A stretch of DNA of 64,000 nt, taken from the sequence record NC_048668.1; one strand, 5' to 3'. Every line of letters starts with the position of its first letter. The stretch's first letter is position 1. The position numbers were made by a program, and so were the translations under genes. The notes beneath the pieces were generated by a model. It was not told where the DNA came from and ran no database searches. It saw nothing but the letters and a program-made list of their open reading frames with translations. Positions 27,270 to 37,480 of this stretch are shown in pieces.

Positions 27270-27710
27270 ATGACCCTTTTAGCGCGCTACATTAAAGCTA
27301 ACGAACCGGCACCTAAAGTGGATAAGGATGAGGAGTTTATCGAGAAGGTAAAACTAAACGCCTCGCTGGTAGTTATTGGGTACGTAACTGATATCTACGA
27401 GTCGGCCAAGAAACTCATCGATGAGAAGTCCAATCCGCTTTATTGGACAATGTCCGTCAATGAGGAGAAAAACGAACTCACGGCGAAGAGTCGTAATACT
27501 TTCAAACGCGAAGGTATTACTTTCGATGTTGAGATAATTATCGTATCCCAGCCCGATAAAGAAAGTCTCATTGTCAAGTACGGCTTTGATGATGAGAAAG
27601 TCAAGTACATCGTTCAATACTACAGCGCTGACATAGAGGCGCTGATTGAATCGACCTTGGCGATGTCGAACTATAATTTCAGTAACGTGGAAATCGAGTT
27701 CCCTTCTTAG
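27270..27710 (+). CDS. Hypothetical protein
   Basis: AAGGAGG RBS; 146 aa. Confidence 0.75.
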   Translation: MTLLARYIKANEPAPKVDKDEEFIEKVKLNASLVVIGYVTDIYESAKKLIDEKSNPLYWTMSVNEEKNELTAKSRNTFKREGITFDVEIIIVSQPDKESLIVKYGFDDEKVKYIVQYYSADIEALIESTLAMSNYNFSNVEIEFPS

Positions 27711-27726
27711 GGTGGAGGATAATAGC

Positions 27727-28122
27727 ATGGGTTTAGATATTGATTTTTGCAAAGTACCAAAAAGTGCAGTTGATCCCAAAGTCGTGGAAGTACACGAACG
27801 TTTCGGTGCACTCAGTGAAAATGGCTGTAGTTACATGATAGATTACCCTCGTTTGTCCGATAACCCGGAGAAAGAAGAGATTCAATATTACCGCAAGTGG
27901 CACGACGTTAGAAATACCATGGCGGGATTGTTTGATGCTACCAACCAATGCGACTACTATTTATTGACTAAGGAAGATGTCGCACTACTACTTGAGAACG
28001 TTGAGAATAGCGACGGATGGTTGCTTGAATCCGAGCGAGTTGAGTTTATCGCCATGATCAAGTCTAAGCTCATCGACTTCCCATTCGATACTCATTATCT
28101 GACATACTCCTGGATTTCTTGA
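27727..28122 (+). CDS. Conserved phage hypothetical protein (MGLD...YYRKWH...C motif)
   Basis: GGAGG RBS before ATG 27727. Confidence 0.75.
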   Translation: MGLDIDFCKVPKSAVDPKVVEVHERFGALSENGCSYMIDYPRLSDNPEKEEIQYYRKWHDVRNTMAGLFDATNQCDYYLLTKEDVALLLENVENSDGWLLESERVEFIAMIKSKLIDFPFDTHYLTYSWIS

Positions 28123-28151
28123 TTTAATCGTAAATAGGCAAAGGTCTTAAA

Positions 28152-28436
28152 ATGGCAAGGTCAGTTCTCTTTATCGCAATTCCGGTTATCATTGTCACCG
28201 CTGTTGGTTATTACCAAAACCTCACTGCAAACGCCAAGATCGCATCGGAGATCGAATCGATGGGTTACAAAGGCATTAACTTGATGCAGCGTACCATGGA
28301 CTGCTCAAGAGGTTATAGCGGGGAGATCTTCACCGGGACTAGCGAAAAGAACGAACGTGTCTATGCAGCTTTCTGCACAGCAGATAACCAACCTCCGTTC
28401 ATCGAGGTGATTCGTAACTCTGGAGAAATAAAGTGA
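28152..28436 (+). CDS. Exported/membrane-anchored protein
   Basis: N-terminal hydrophobic segment; two Cys. Confidence 0.65.
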   Translation: MARSVLFIAIPVIIVTAVGYYQNLTANAKIASEIESMGYKGINLMQRTMDCSRGYSGEIFTGTSEKNERVYAAFCTADNQPPFIEVIRNSGEIK

Positions 28437-28717
28437 AGAAGATTTTAGTTCTGTTATCGTTAGCATTCTTGACTGCCTGTAACCCTGACCCTACTCAGAC
28501 AATGGCAGTAGTTCCTGCATCCGAGTTTACCAAGGATGGTATCGCTGTCGTTCAGGTCGGCATCTTTAAAGATGAGCTGGCTTACGGTAATCGCCGTGGT
28601 GTTTACCGGATAAAGGACCAACGTACCGGTAAAGAGTACATCGGCGTATCCGGAATTGGTATCAGTGAAGTCAGTAACCACAGCAACGGCAAACAGTCCA
28701 TTGAGGATGAACGTTAA
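28433..28717 (+). CDS. Putative lipoprotein
   Basis: MKKILVLLSLAFLTAC lipobox. Confidence 0.7.
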   Translation: MKKILVLLSLAFLTACNPDPTQTMAVVPASEFTKDGIAVVQVGIFKDELAYGNRRGVYRIKDQRTGKEYIGVSGIGISEVSNHSNGKQSIEDER

Positions 28718-29397
28718 TGAAAACTGTAGAGAAGAAGATTCGATCAGAACTTCAAATTGCAAACTACGAACGTTACTTCGGTGACCATTCCGTAGAACAT
28801 GCACGTAAGGTCGCAGAGCTGGCTACTCAGTTAGCTGAATTCCGCTGGACTGGACATTGCCCGGAACGCGTAATTTCTCAATATCGTTCATCTGATTATT
28901 GGGAGCGTCTGCTGGATATCAACTACAAAACGTATTGTCGTCTGGTTTCCAGTGACCATTACAAATTCATCATGGACTATCTGTTCAAGATGGAGAACGC
29001 AGCCGGGAACTATCGCGAAGCTACCAAAACGGCGATCAAAGTCTTCTACGCCATCTCCGGATATTCTCAGTTCGAAGACCTGACGGATGTCGAGAAAGCA
29101 TCGATTCCGTTCATTGTCAATATGGATATCTGGCGCCGGAACATCATTGCAAGCGATTTCAGTTTCTCCGCTGAATCGGCCGAGTTCCTGGAAACATTTG
29201 TAGATCCCATCTACGTCGGCATGGATACGTTCCAGTTCGATGAAGACAACGACGATGAGTCGTGGGGTATCGCCAAGGTAACTACCGCTAAAGAGCTACT
29301 GAGCCTGATGGTTGCGGTTAGTCGTTTCATCCTCAAACAGGATGAGGCGGAAGCGCAGGAACTCAACGGTCACGGGTTCCCTGATCGCATTGGTTGA
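28717..29397 (+). CDS. Hypothetical protein
   Basis: TAATG coupling; 226 aa. Confidence 0.75.
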   Translation: MKTVEKKIRSELQIANYERYFGDHSVEHARKVAELATQLAEFRWTGHCPERVISQYRSSDYWERLLDINYKTYCRLVSSDHYKFIMDYLFKMENAAGNYREATKTAIKVFYAISGYSQFEDLTDVEKASIPFIVNMDIWRRNIIASDFSFSAESAEFLETFVDPIYVGMDTFQFDEDNDDESWGIAKVTTAKELLSLMVAVSRFILKQDEAEAQELNGHGFPDRIG

Positions 29398-29411
29398 TTA
29401 AAACGTCATAG

Positions 29412-29434
29412 CCCAGGGGAATAACTCCCCTGGG
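29412..29434 (+). terminator. Terminator hairpin
   Basis: CCCAGGGGA / TCCCCTGGG. Confidence 0.65.
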
Positions 29435-29464
29435 AATTATTCACTTTGTTTAGTAAGGGACAAC

Positions 29465-29944
29465 ATGAACAGCAAGCTTTTGAATCCTGTAAAATCTGGG
29501 TTATTAATCCTGATCTCCGCATTGGTCGTCAACTTCTTTAGTGAGGGAGACTCATTCTACAACTTCCTTAAAATAATCGCCCTTTATACAGTTCTGGAAA
29601 TTGCCAGTCTGTATATCGGCGGCGCTATAAATAATAAAACCTTAGGTAACCCTAAGAAAGTTTACAGCAACAGTAAATATTACGTAGAGGCTAATAAAAG
29701 TCTCAACCATTTCTTCCTGGTAGACAAAACGCCGTACAGCAACATTAACCGGACTATCATCGAAGTCTCTGAGGCGACTGAAGAAAGGCTCAATGATAAA
29801 TCGCCGTTAATCAAAGCGTTCGTCATTACAATCCTGGAATCCCAAAACTGGTCAATGAAGGATATCCTCGAAGCCGAGTTATTCATCGAGCAATATCCGG
29901 AAGAAATGAAATCAGCTCGTGACTTTGTAGAGACCATCGGCTAA
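29465..29944 (+). CDS. Membrane-anchored hypothetical protein
   Basis: AAGGGA RBS; two N-terminal hydrophobic segments. Confidence 0.65.
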   Translation: MNSKLLNPVKSGLLILISALVVNFFSEGDSFYNFLKIIALYTVLEIASLYIGGAINNKTLGNPKKVYSNSKYYVEANKSLNHFFLVDKTPYSNINRTIIEVSEATEERLNDKSPLIKAFVITILESQNWSMKDILEAELFIEQYPEEMKSARDFVETIG

Positions 29945-29962
29945 TTAAAAAGGAAAAGAAAA

Positions 29963-30487
29963 ATGATCGTAAGCATGATTTTAGCACTGGACAAAAACAT
30001 GTTGGTTGGTAAGGATGATACCTTGCCATGGAACGAACCTATCGACATGCAGTGGTTCAAACGCAAGACTCGGCACAAAGCCATTCTCATGGGCTACCGT
30101 ACCTACATGGGCATCGGTAAACCTTTACCTGGTCGTTTGAATCTGGTGATGGCCAGCAGCGAACCAGAAGTCCCTGGTGCCACGGTAGTACCTGACCTGT
30201 ACGATGCTACTCAGGCCGCTAAGAAACACCACTACAACGAGCTGGTGATCTGTGGAGGCCCTAGTTTATACAACCGTTACATTCTCTCGGTAGATAAGAT
30301 CTATCTGACCGTATTAGAGAATGAGTACGAAGGTAATGTCTACCTGAAGAACGATGTCATCGCAGAACTAATGTCTATTAAGTCTAAAGAGACGCTGACT
30401 GAGTCGGGTTTTGTTTTGGAAGATATCCGCACCGTTGAAGGTGTTGGTCAATTCAAAATCTTTACACGTGTCCGTCGTCCGCTTTAA
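29963..30487 (+). CDS. folA: Dihydrofolate reductase
   Basis: IVSMILA.D...VG..D.LPW...DMQWFK..T, LMG..TY..IGKPLPGR.N.V and ICGG..LY motifs. Confidence 0.92.
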   Translation: MIVSMILALDKNMLVGKDDTLPWNEPIDMQWFKRKTRHKAILMGYRTYMGIGKPLPGRLNLVMASSEPEVPGATVVPDLYDATQAAKKHHYNELVICGGPSLYNRYILSVDKIYLTVLENEYEGNVYLKNDVIAELMSIKSKETLTESGFVLEDIRTVEGVGQFKIFTRVRRPL

Positions 30488-30506
30488 ATAATCCCTGGAG
30501 AAAAGA

Positions 30507-30839
30507 ATGAAGGCAACAACCCGTACCTACGACCGGGATACGATCGAATATATCGATGCCCTGTTGTTCGAAGGTAAGAAAGGTACCCTGGTGCAACGCG
30601 ACGGTAAGATGTACTTCTACTGCGACGACATGCGCTTGGACTGCGGTGAGGTAGAAAGGACTAAACCCGTTGCTAACGACTCAACGGAAAACCTACTCTT
30701 TACCACGGCACCGAATGAAGAGTATGGTAAGGAGTTCAAGGAAAATGGTGACTTCATCATTCTTCGTGAGAACACCCATTACGGTCTGGTATTCCGTGGC
30801 AAGAAAATTCGCCCACTTAAATTTGCGGAGATGGCATGA
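30507..30839 (+). CDS. Hypothetical protein
   Basis: GGAG RBS; 110 aa. Confidence 0.7.
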   Translation: MKATTRTYDRDTIEYIDALLFEGKKGTLVQRDGKMYFYCDDMRLDCGEVERTKPVANDSTENLLFTTAPNEEYGKEFKENGDFIILRENTHYGLVFRGKKIRPLKFAEMA

Positions 30840-31802
30840 TTAATTTCTTTAAGAAGTGGTTCGCTAAGAGCGAAGAAGCTCCAAAAGACACTACTTCTGA
30901 ATCTAAGGTGTCAGCTGACGAAATCGTCAGTGTTGTTAAGATGATAACTATTTGTTGAAGACACCAATAAGGTTATCGACTATTGCGCAGATAAATTACT
31001 CTACGTCATCACATCGAGTGACGAATTCTTCACTCGTACTTTGTCGGCAAATATTCTCCGTCTGCACAATGGGGTGATCAATATTGCCTACCGGAATACC
31101 CCAGTTGATTTACACGGCTATAACGGTGCAAGGGAATGGCTGAATAATAACGGTCATGAGGTTAAGAGTATAGACCAAGTCTTTAGGGACAAAATTGACC
31201 AACTTATGGCTGAGCGCGGTTATTACCCAACCCATGCTAAGCAGATATTCTCCCTTAACGTAAGTAGCTTGAATAACCCATACGCTACTGATTCTTTTGA
31301 CCATCTCTGTATTGGGATGGAACGTAGCTACGTCAAGGATTCGGTCGACTTGACGCTAAAGGGATTCGACGACTACGCGCGCGACTTCGATGCAGCTAAG
31401 TCGTGGTTAGCTAAAAGCCATTTCGCTGATCGGTTTGCGCCAGTCTTAGAGCACTTACTGAAAGTTCAGGAAACCACAGTAAGTTCCCAAGAGCCGGTTA
31501 AAGAAAACCCTCTTGGCCGTGACGGAATGATTACTGTCAGAAAGGACGAGAGATTAGAAGAGTTGGTGCTTAGTACCGGCCTGTCTTTAGGGGCAATCCG
31601 TTGTTCTAAGGATAAGGTTGAAATTCCGTTCCGGCTGGACGAAATGGATCATGAATTTATCTACCGTGTTCATGACCCTCGGGCAGTCGTCACCTTCCTT
31701 TGGGAAGCGCTAGATCCGTTGGTAACTAAGGGTAAGATGACGGTGTCTAATCGCAACTACTACGGTGACGATAGCGCTTACGTTATCACTTTAACAATTT
31801 AA
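30836..31802 (+). CDS. Hypothetical protein, about 321 aa, +1 frameshift at TTT 30951-30953
   Basis: ATG 30836 (ATGA overlap) stops at 30958. The +1 frame is open from 30948 through ORF 31041..31802. Confidence 0.6.
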
Positions 31803-31809
31803 TTTAACG

Positions 31810-31835
31810 CCTTCCTCTATTCAGATAGAGGAAGG
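31810..31835 (+). terminator. Terminator hairpin
   Basis: CCTTCCTCTAT / ATAGAGGAAGG. Confidence 0.65.
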
Positions 31836-31860
31836 TTCTATTCTGCCCTAGGAGATAACC

Positions 31861-32319
31861 ATGCTTGCAACGTTAGTAGATATCATCCGTACTTACGAAA
31901 AAGAAGTGAAACGTTACATTACCCTGCACTTCTCTGCTAACCCGAACGATTTGGCGTTTGGTTTTGGTAAACTGTATCCGGGTAAAGGTCACTTCGTCTC
32001 TCTGGCACGAGAGAACCCTAACACGATCATTGTCGATGGTCAGTTCCGTTGTGTCTGGATCGACAACGACGTCGACTTCGAAACACTCTTCCATGAGATT
32101 CGGGCTACAGAATTGCCTGTCCACGTATTCGGTTCCGGTAGTGTAAGGATGCCTGAGGATTTAGGTCCTGAGCGCATGAACTACGGGTTCCCTGTAAAAA
32201 TGGTATTCGTTGCACATGTGGCAATTGAGTACCTCCGTGGCCACGGGGTAATTGAGGTAGTCTTGGTGCGAGACATCCGTCAGCCTTCTCGCGTCTCTCA
32301 AACTTTCGAGATTGAATAA
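31861..32319 (+). CDS. Hypothetical protein
   Basis: AGGAG RBS; 152 aa. Confidence 0.7.
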   Translation: MLATLVDIIRTYEKEVKRYITLHFSANPNDLAFGFGKLYPGKGHFVSLARENPNTIIVDGQFRCVWIDNDVDFETLFHEIRATELPVHVFGSGSVRMPEDLGPERMNYGFPVKMVFVAHVAIEYLRGHGVIEVVLVRDIRQPSRVSQTFEIE

Positions 32320-32705
32320 TGAGCGACAAAATCGTTCGGGTCTATTCTGGGTCACTTACCCCGGCCCTCAGCGCAGTCCTGTTGGAATATAACACCAACC
32401 AAAGCGCTATCCTTCAAGCGGCTAATAAACCCGGTGAGTTCATCCTGGGGAAAAGCGGTTTCCATTTCCTCATGGTAGACGATACCGTTGGAACGGAACG
32501 GATGAAGTTTCTTTCCGATCGAAATAACTACCCAGATGCCACCGTTGTCATTAGTTGTATTTCTACGAAATTCAGCGACCTGGTCGCACTAGGTTACATT
32601 AGTTCATCCCACATGACCATAGATGTTATTGATGGTGAACTCTGTGCTACCGTCAACCGTAGCAACTATTTATCAATGGGGACCGTGATACGCATATGTT
32701 ACTGA
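32319..32705 (+). CDS. Hypothetical protein
   Basis: TAATG coupling; 128 aa. Confidence 0.65.
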   Translation: MSDKIVRVYSGSLTPALSAVLLEYNTNQSAILQAANKPGEFILGKSGFHFLMVDDTVGTERMKFLSDRNNYPDATVVISCISTKFSDLVALGYISSSHMTIDVIDGELCATVNRSNYLSMGTVIRICY

Positions 32706-32803
32706 TCGACGAACCTGAAGACCGTGGAGCATTTCAGCAGGAAGACCCCTCTGACTTCACCGGCAACCAACCCGTAAACTCTTAATCGAAAGGTAGATAA
32801 TAA

Positions 32804-34462
32804 ATGGAACAGATTCAAAACGCAGGTACTGAACACGAAGCTGGTAAATCTCAATTCGACTTCGACCTGTTGGTTGAAGTAGTAAAAGAAAACATCAAAC
32901 TCAACAGTAGCGCACCTAACCTCCGTTTCGGCGAAAGCTCGTTCTTCCCACTCTTCCGCGTCAACGTGGCGCACGCTAACTCGAGCAAATCTCTGTACGA
33001 CATTTACCTGGACTCCTTCGGTGAACAGGATCGCAAAGAGCTGACCTGCCGGACCTGTAAGCGTTGGTTGGAAGCTAACGGCAATCTCGTTACCATCGGT
33101 GCCGGCGGAGAAGTTTCATCTGTCGCTTTTAATACCGAGACTGGTAAGTTGGCCGAACTGCCAGTGGAAGTCTCTAACCTGCTTCTGAAGCTCCAGAGTG
33201 CAGTTGAGCGTTCTCCGGTTAATGGTTACCGTACACTTAGCCGCGGTAGCGATACTGCAGTACCTAACGATGGTCGGTGGCTGCACTTCCACGGTACCCT
33301 GGGTTCTATTCCTCTGAACCCGGTCAAAGTTAACTACGCAGGTGAAGAGAATGCGGCGGCTGAGAAAGTATTGGTAATGCGCAATGCGCTGAACCGTTGG
33401 TCTCTGGATATTCTGTCTCATGCAAAAGCGCTGGCTACCTACGGTGCTCTGCGCAATCACCGCCATCGTAACCGCATCAAGCAGTACGTCGATAACGCTA
33501 AGCTGTACCATGCGATTAAAGACAACCGTAAGCGTGATGCACTGGTTTGGCTGTGGGCTAATACCCTGACTCCAGATCAGACTAACGTAGTCGGTACATC
33601 CCTGGGCATGTTGTTCGACGCCCTGGTGGAAGGCGGTGAGGATCTGGCACTGACTCGTTATATCCGTGAAACTGACGGTGTTAACTATCAGCGGCCGACT
33701 GAAGAGCCTACAGTACGTGAGCTCGATGAAGCACAAGAGCTGGTGTCTAAGAACGGTTGGGATCGTTCGTTCCACCGTACCGCTGCTAAGCTGGAAGACA
33801 TCCAGTACCTGTTCTGGGTACCGGGTGAAACTAAGCAGGAAGAAGGTCGCCAGGGTGTATTCAGCCAGGTGAAAACCAAGGATGCGCAACCTGAGAAGGC
33901 GGCAGTTGAAGGTGGCCGTATCTCGATTCTGGACTTCATGTCTAAAGTCGTACCTAACGCTACTTCTATCCAGTTCAAGTTCAATCCTCGCGGCGTGTTT
34001 AACTTCCTGTTCTACACGAAAGCCGAATTCGCCGATGCACCTCCTATCCTGAAGTGGGATCGCGAAGACCGCCGTAATACCGTTTCCGGTTACCAGTATA
34101 GCCAGTCAATCTATCCTGAGTATGCCGGTATCGATTCTCCACGTGTCGACGTCATTGGGATTACGGTTCCGCCTGAAACCTGGGCTAACCCAGAGATGGA
34201 GTACGGTACACTGAAGGACCCAGTGTTCTTGCTTAAAGGTGCGTACGATATCCGTAACAGCCAGAGCGCTTTGTTCCCTGAGAACATGCGTCATGAGCTG
34301 CACGGTTCCCGTCGCGTTATTGAAGCGTTCTCTTCCAGCACACCGCTGGCTGATAAAGTCGGCGTAACAGGTATTACTCCGATCAACTTCCCGCAATTGA
34401 CCGCGGAAGTAGTTACTAAAGACGGCGAGAAAGTGAGCTACTCGTTTATCGGTAATCACTAA
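32804..34462 (+). CDS. Large conserved phage hypothetical protein with CxxC motif, 552 aa
   Basis: YLDSF....R.ELTCRTCKRW...GNLV and LFPE.MRHELH..R.VIEA motifs; strong codon bias. Confidence 0.8.
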   Translation: MEQIQNAGTEHEAGKSQFDFDLLVEVVKENIKLNSSAPNLRFGESSFFPLFRVNVAHANSSKSLYDIYLDSFGEQDRKELTCRTCKRWLEANGNLVTIGAGGEVSSVAFNTETGKLAELPVEVSNLLLKLQSAVERSPVNGYRTLSRGSDTAVPNDGRWLHFHGTLGSIPLNPVKVNYAGEENAAAEKVLVMRNALNRWSLDILSHAKALATYGALRNHRHRNRIKQYVDNAKLYHAIKDNRKRDALVWLWANTLTPDQTNVVGTSLGMLFDALVEGGEDLALTRYIRETDGVNYQRPTEEPTVRELDEAQELVSKNGWDRSFHRTAAKLEDIQYLFWVPGETKQEEGRQGVFSQVKTKDAQPEKAAVEGGRISILDFMSKVVPNATSIQFKFNPRGVFNFLFYTKAEFADAPPILKWDREDRRNTVSGYQYSQSIYPEYAGIDSPRVDVIGITVPPETWANPEMEYGTLKDPVFLLKGAYDIRNSQSALFPENMRHELHGSRRVIEAFSSSTPLADKVGVTGITPINFPQLTAEVVTKDGEKVSYSFIGNH

Positions 34463-34476
34463 TCGTTGTTCATATC

Positions 34477-34495
34477 GGCGGGGATTTTCCCCGCC
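34477..34495 (+). terminator. Terminator hairpin
   Basis: GGCGGGGA / TCCCCGCC followed by a T tract. Confidence 0.75.
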
Positions 34496-34508
34496 TTTAT
34501 TTTTTGTT

Positions 34509-34548
34509 TGAATCTAAACTTTTTTGAAGCCTATATTACTTTATTGAG
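34509..34548 (+). promoter_or_regulatory. Early-promoter-like motif copy 4
   Basis: CTATATTACTTTATTGAG at 34531-34548; the upstream box is weak. Confidence 0.5.
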
Positions 34549-34579
34549 GATAGAATTCCAATTTAGCGGAGAAACTTTT

Positions 34580-35134
34580 ATGGAGTATCAAGTATATCGA
34601 GGCTTAGTTCGTAAAGCACCTATCACTGAATCAGTTCATCCATCCATAACCTTTGCTGGTAATAAAGCAACGGCTGAGTATTACGCCCACAATCCAAACA
34701 ACGCTGACCTGAAGGGTAATTGCCCTACGGTCTACTCGGCGACGATTGAGATCAATAACCCTTTCATTGTCGATAAGGATTACTCCGGCATCGAGTTCAA
34801 ACAACTCCTTCGTGTTATGAGTAAGGTCGAGGTTTATAAGCTGATCTTAGAACACGAAGAATATGTCAAAGGGACTTACCTTTATCAGGAGTTCGTAAGG
34901 GAAGGCGCGTTGAGTAGTAACTACGTTCTGGAGTGTATCGGGAGAACCCCGTCTCTTCTGGAAGTGGCTTTACCTGCGTATGTGTTCCTGGATAATCCTG
35001 ATATCATCTCGAGACTTATTCGTTCAGGTTTTGACGGATCGATACATCGCGGTACGGGTGTCTCTATGGATGACGTCGAATATCGGATCTGGCTGAGTCA
35101 CTCCCAGATAAAGAAGCATTGTTGCTGTAATTAG
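34580..35134 (+). CDS. ADP-ribosyltransferase-fold (ART-PolyVal-like) protein; C-terminus possibly frameshifted at AAA 35110-35112 (true end 35156)
   Basis: VYRG, ITF....A..YA, I.INNPF, L..SGFDG.I and EYRIW...QI motif order matches ART-PolyVal-type domains; GGAG RBS before ATG 34580. Confidence 0.55.
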   Translation: MEYQVYRGLVRKAPITESVHPSITFAGNKATAEYYAHNPNNADLKGNCPTVYSATIEINNPFIVDKDYSGIEFKQLLRVMSKVEVYKLILEHEEYVKGTYLYQEFVREGALSSNYVLECIGRTPSLLEVALPAYVFLDNPDIISRLIRSGFDGSIHRGTGVSMDDVEYRIWLSHSQIKKHCCCN

Positions 35135-35142
35135 GAGGAGTT

Positions 35143-35532
35143 ATGAAACCTATTGAGCCTGGTTGTATGGCGGTTATAATTTCCCAGACCAAAGAAGAAG
35201 GTCGTAACGAAGTCGGTAAGGTAGTAAGAGTAGTTGGACTTGTTCCTGATGGGGAGAGTCTCTATTCTTTGGAAGGAGTGACTACGTGTACTGGGGAGTC
35301 GATTAAATCAACTGGGGCATTCATACCGGATGTTAGAAGTTGGGTAGTTCTTGGTGACATCGTGGTCGCTAAACTTACCACGGATAAGTACGGTACCATC
35401 TTTGCTAAAGGTGAAATCACAATCGGTGGTTTTACTGGTAACGGGATGGTTGCCGAACATCGTTTAATGCGTATCGATGGTTTTGAGGACGAAGACAAAA
35501 CCAAAGAAAAAGATTTACTGCTTACGGAGTAG
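35143..35532 (+). CDS. Hypothetical protein
   Basis: AGGAGG RBS; GCMAVII...NEVGKVV.V...RLMRIDG pattern. Confidence 0.7.
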   Translation: MKPIEPGCMAVIISQTKEEGRNEVGKVVRVVGLVPDGESLYSLEGVTTCTGESIKSTGAFIPDVRSWVVLGDIVVAKLTTDKYGTIFAKGEITIGGFTGNGMVAEHRLMRIDGFEDEDKTKEKDLLLTE

Positions 35533-35538
35533 AAAAAC

Positions 35539-35979
35539 ATGTACCTCCCAATTACTTTTGACCTGCTGCGAGAGAAATCAACGGGAACGATCGTTGAAGT
35601 AACTTCTTCTGATGCGGAACAGTCTACCATCAGTTTTGTTCCAGTGATCGATAAAGAGGGTAATGTCATTACATCAGGCGTTACCGATATCCTCTCTCTG
35701 GAAGAGATGGTTAAGCAGTTCGAACTACTGGAGAACCTGTCTTACTTCAACGTACGTGAAGAAGGTCAGATGGACTTTGGTAGCATGGTAGTCGTTAAGG
35801 ATAACGATGAAGTTAACAAGCTGATGCTTGCCTACTACGAATACATGGATCAACCGATGATGCTCCAGTATCTCGAGATCGATGTAGAGTGGCCGGCATT
35901 GGCTGTAGTAATGAACCAGGCTCTCTTTGTAGAGTCGGTAAACAAAGTCAGTAAAATCATTCAAACTGTTAAAGGTTAA
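35539..35979 (+). CDS. Hypothetical protein
   Basis: GGAG RBS; 146 aa. Confidence 0.7.
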   Translation: MYLPITFDLLREKSTGTIVEVTSSDAEQSTISFVPVIDKEGNVITSGVTDILSLEEMVKQFELLENLSYFNVREEGQMDFGSMVVVKDNDEVNKLMLAYYEYMDQPMMLQYLEIDVEWPALAVVMNQALFVESVNKVSKIIQTVKG

Positions 35980-35989
35980 GGAAAGTCAA

Positions 35990-36445
35990 ATGTCCGATAA
36001 AACTATTGCTCGTCGTGTCTTCATCGCATCTTCCGATCTGGTTAACAAAATCGGCTATACGGCCTTTAACCAGGTCTTGCTGAACGCCAAACATATTCAG
36101 TGTGCATTCGGGTTACCTTACCCGGACGCAGGCTCTGCTAAGCTGGCAGAACCGTATTCCTATTCCCCGCTGCCAAACAACGGTTACGATACCGTAGAGA
36201 ACCCGGTAGCTTATCTGCACGATTTCCGCCGTACTCCTTCTGGTATCTACGCACTGATCTCCCCGATGGAAGGTTGCACTAACAAAACCTTCCTGAAGGC
36301 GCTGGCAGGTACGCAGCAGACGTTCAAGTTCGTTCCACGCGTCATCCTGAAGAAAGCGAAGCTCAAGTCAGTGAACAACTTCCACCTGCAGGCAGCCAAC
36401 CGGGACTTCCACGAGATCATCACTTTTGACATGATCTGGAAATAA
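35990..36445 (+). CDS. Hypothetical protein (possible degenerate prohead-protease fold)
   Basis: AAGGA RBS; F.FVPR...IITFD end motif. Confidence 0.7.
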   Translation: MSDKTIARRVFIASSDLVNKIGYTAFNQVLLNAKHIQCAFGLPYPDAGSAKLAEPYSYSPLPNNGYDTVENPVAYLHDFRRTPSGIYALISPMEGCTNKTFLKALAGTQQTFKFVPRVILKKAKLKSVNNFHLQAANRDFHEIITFDMIWK

Positions 36446-36456
36446 CTAATCATAGC

Positions 36457-36476
36457 GGGTAGGGATTTCCCTACCC
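36457..36476 (+). terminator. Terminator hairpin
   Basis: GGGTAGGG / CCCTACCC. Confidence 0.7.
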
Positions 36477-36510
36477 TTTATACTCCCATTTAATTAAGTA
36501 AGGAAATGTC

Positions 36511-36964
36511 ATGAAAGGTATTAGCGATTATTTGTTATCCATGTTGATTGAAGAAGGTACTGTTACTCGTGCTGAGATTAAGGACTTTATCCGTATCATC
36601 AAGGAGCCTTCTTCTTACGCGACGATTCGCATCGTAGTTCCTAAAGACGCCGGGATTGCTTTCCTGAAAGATCATATTCAGGCCGATGAGATCAAAGCAA
36701 TGAAGTTCCGTTCGGGTTCGCATTGTTGATGCGCAGTGGCGAGTTGGCGAAACGCTGGTTAACTTGGGCGATAATAAGCCTGGTTTCATCTACCGTGAAG
36801 ACTCCCACTCTACGTTCCACCTGGATCAGGTGGTAGGTTATCGCGACCTGGGCCTACGGTTCTCATTTAAGGCAGATACCCTTGCGAGCGGTTTTACTCG
36901 TGATGTTTTCTTCCGTCAGCCTGACTGGGTGGAATTAGAATTCGCTGGGGTATTACTGAAATGA
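36511..36964 (+). CDS. Hypothetical protein, about 150 aa, +1 frameshift near 36706-36720
   Basis: ORF 36511..36729 ends abnormally (SGSHC). The +1 frame is open from 36704 and reads VRVRIVDAQWRVGE into ORF 36764..36964. Confidence 0.55.
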
Positions 36965-37465
36965 TTACAACACTCATCACCTACCGTAAGGGCAGTGGGA
37001 TGAATCAGATACGTAAGCAACTGCCAATTAAACACAATGCAGTTGTGTCTGAATCCACTGTCTCGATTGTCTACGCTAAATGGGCGAGTGGTGTAGAGAT
37101 GACCAACCCTGATGTCGAAGTCAAAGATGGAGGGTAAGTTACTTTCCTTCTCCATGATCCCTCCTGTTGTCGTTGATGACAATGAAGGGATTGAGCTCTT
37201 CGTCAACGATCGTTGGTTAGTTGATCTGAGTAAGATTACTACTGTCGATCAACCGGAGATCATCATCTTCGAGATCGAAACGGGAATTAAGTCGGCCAGT
37301 CTCTATCGTCACCACTCGGGTAAGATCTATCAGGTTATTACTTTAAGTAACATGAAGGTAACCAAACCCGAGTACAAAGAGACTGTGACTTATCGGGATA
37401 TCGAGAGCGGCACGACCTACAGTCGTCCCCTTGAAGAATTCACTAAGAGCTTTACAGCTCTCTAA
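36961..37465 (+). CDS. Protein with C-terminal DUF1653-like domain, about 167 aa, probable +1 frameshift at GGG 37132-37134
   Basis: ATG 36961 stops at 37137 and the +1 frame is ORF 37112..37465. YRHHSGKIYQV...ETVTY...YSRPLEEF resembles DUF1653. Confidence 0.55.
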
Positions 37466-37480
37466 AAAGGTAACGGGGAA

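Noticed and set aside
28717-28830. DHSVEHARKVAELA resembling an HD-domain start
   Set aside because: No downstream HD dyad or final Asp motif.
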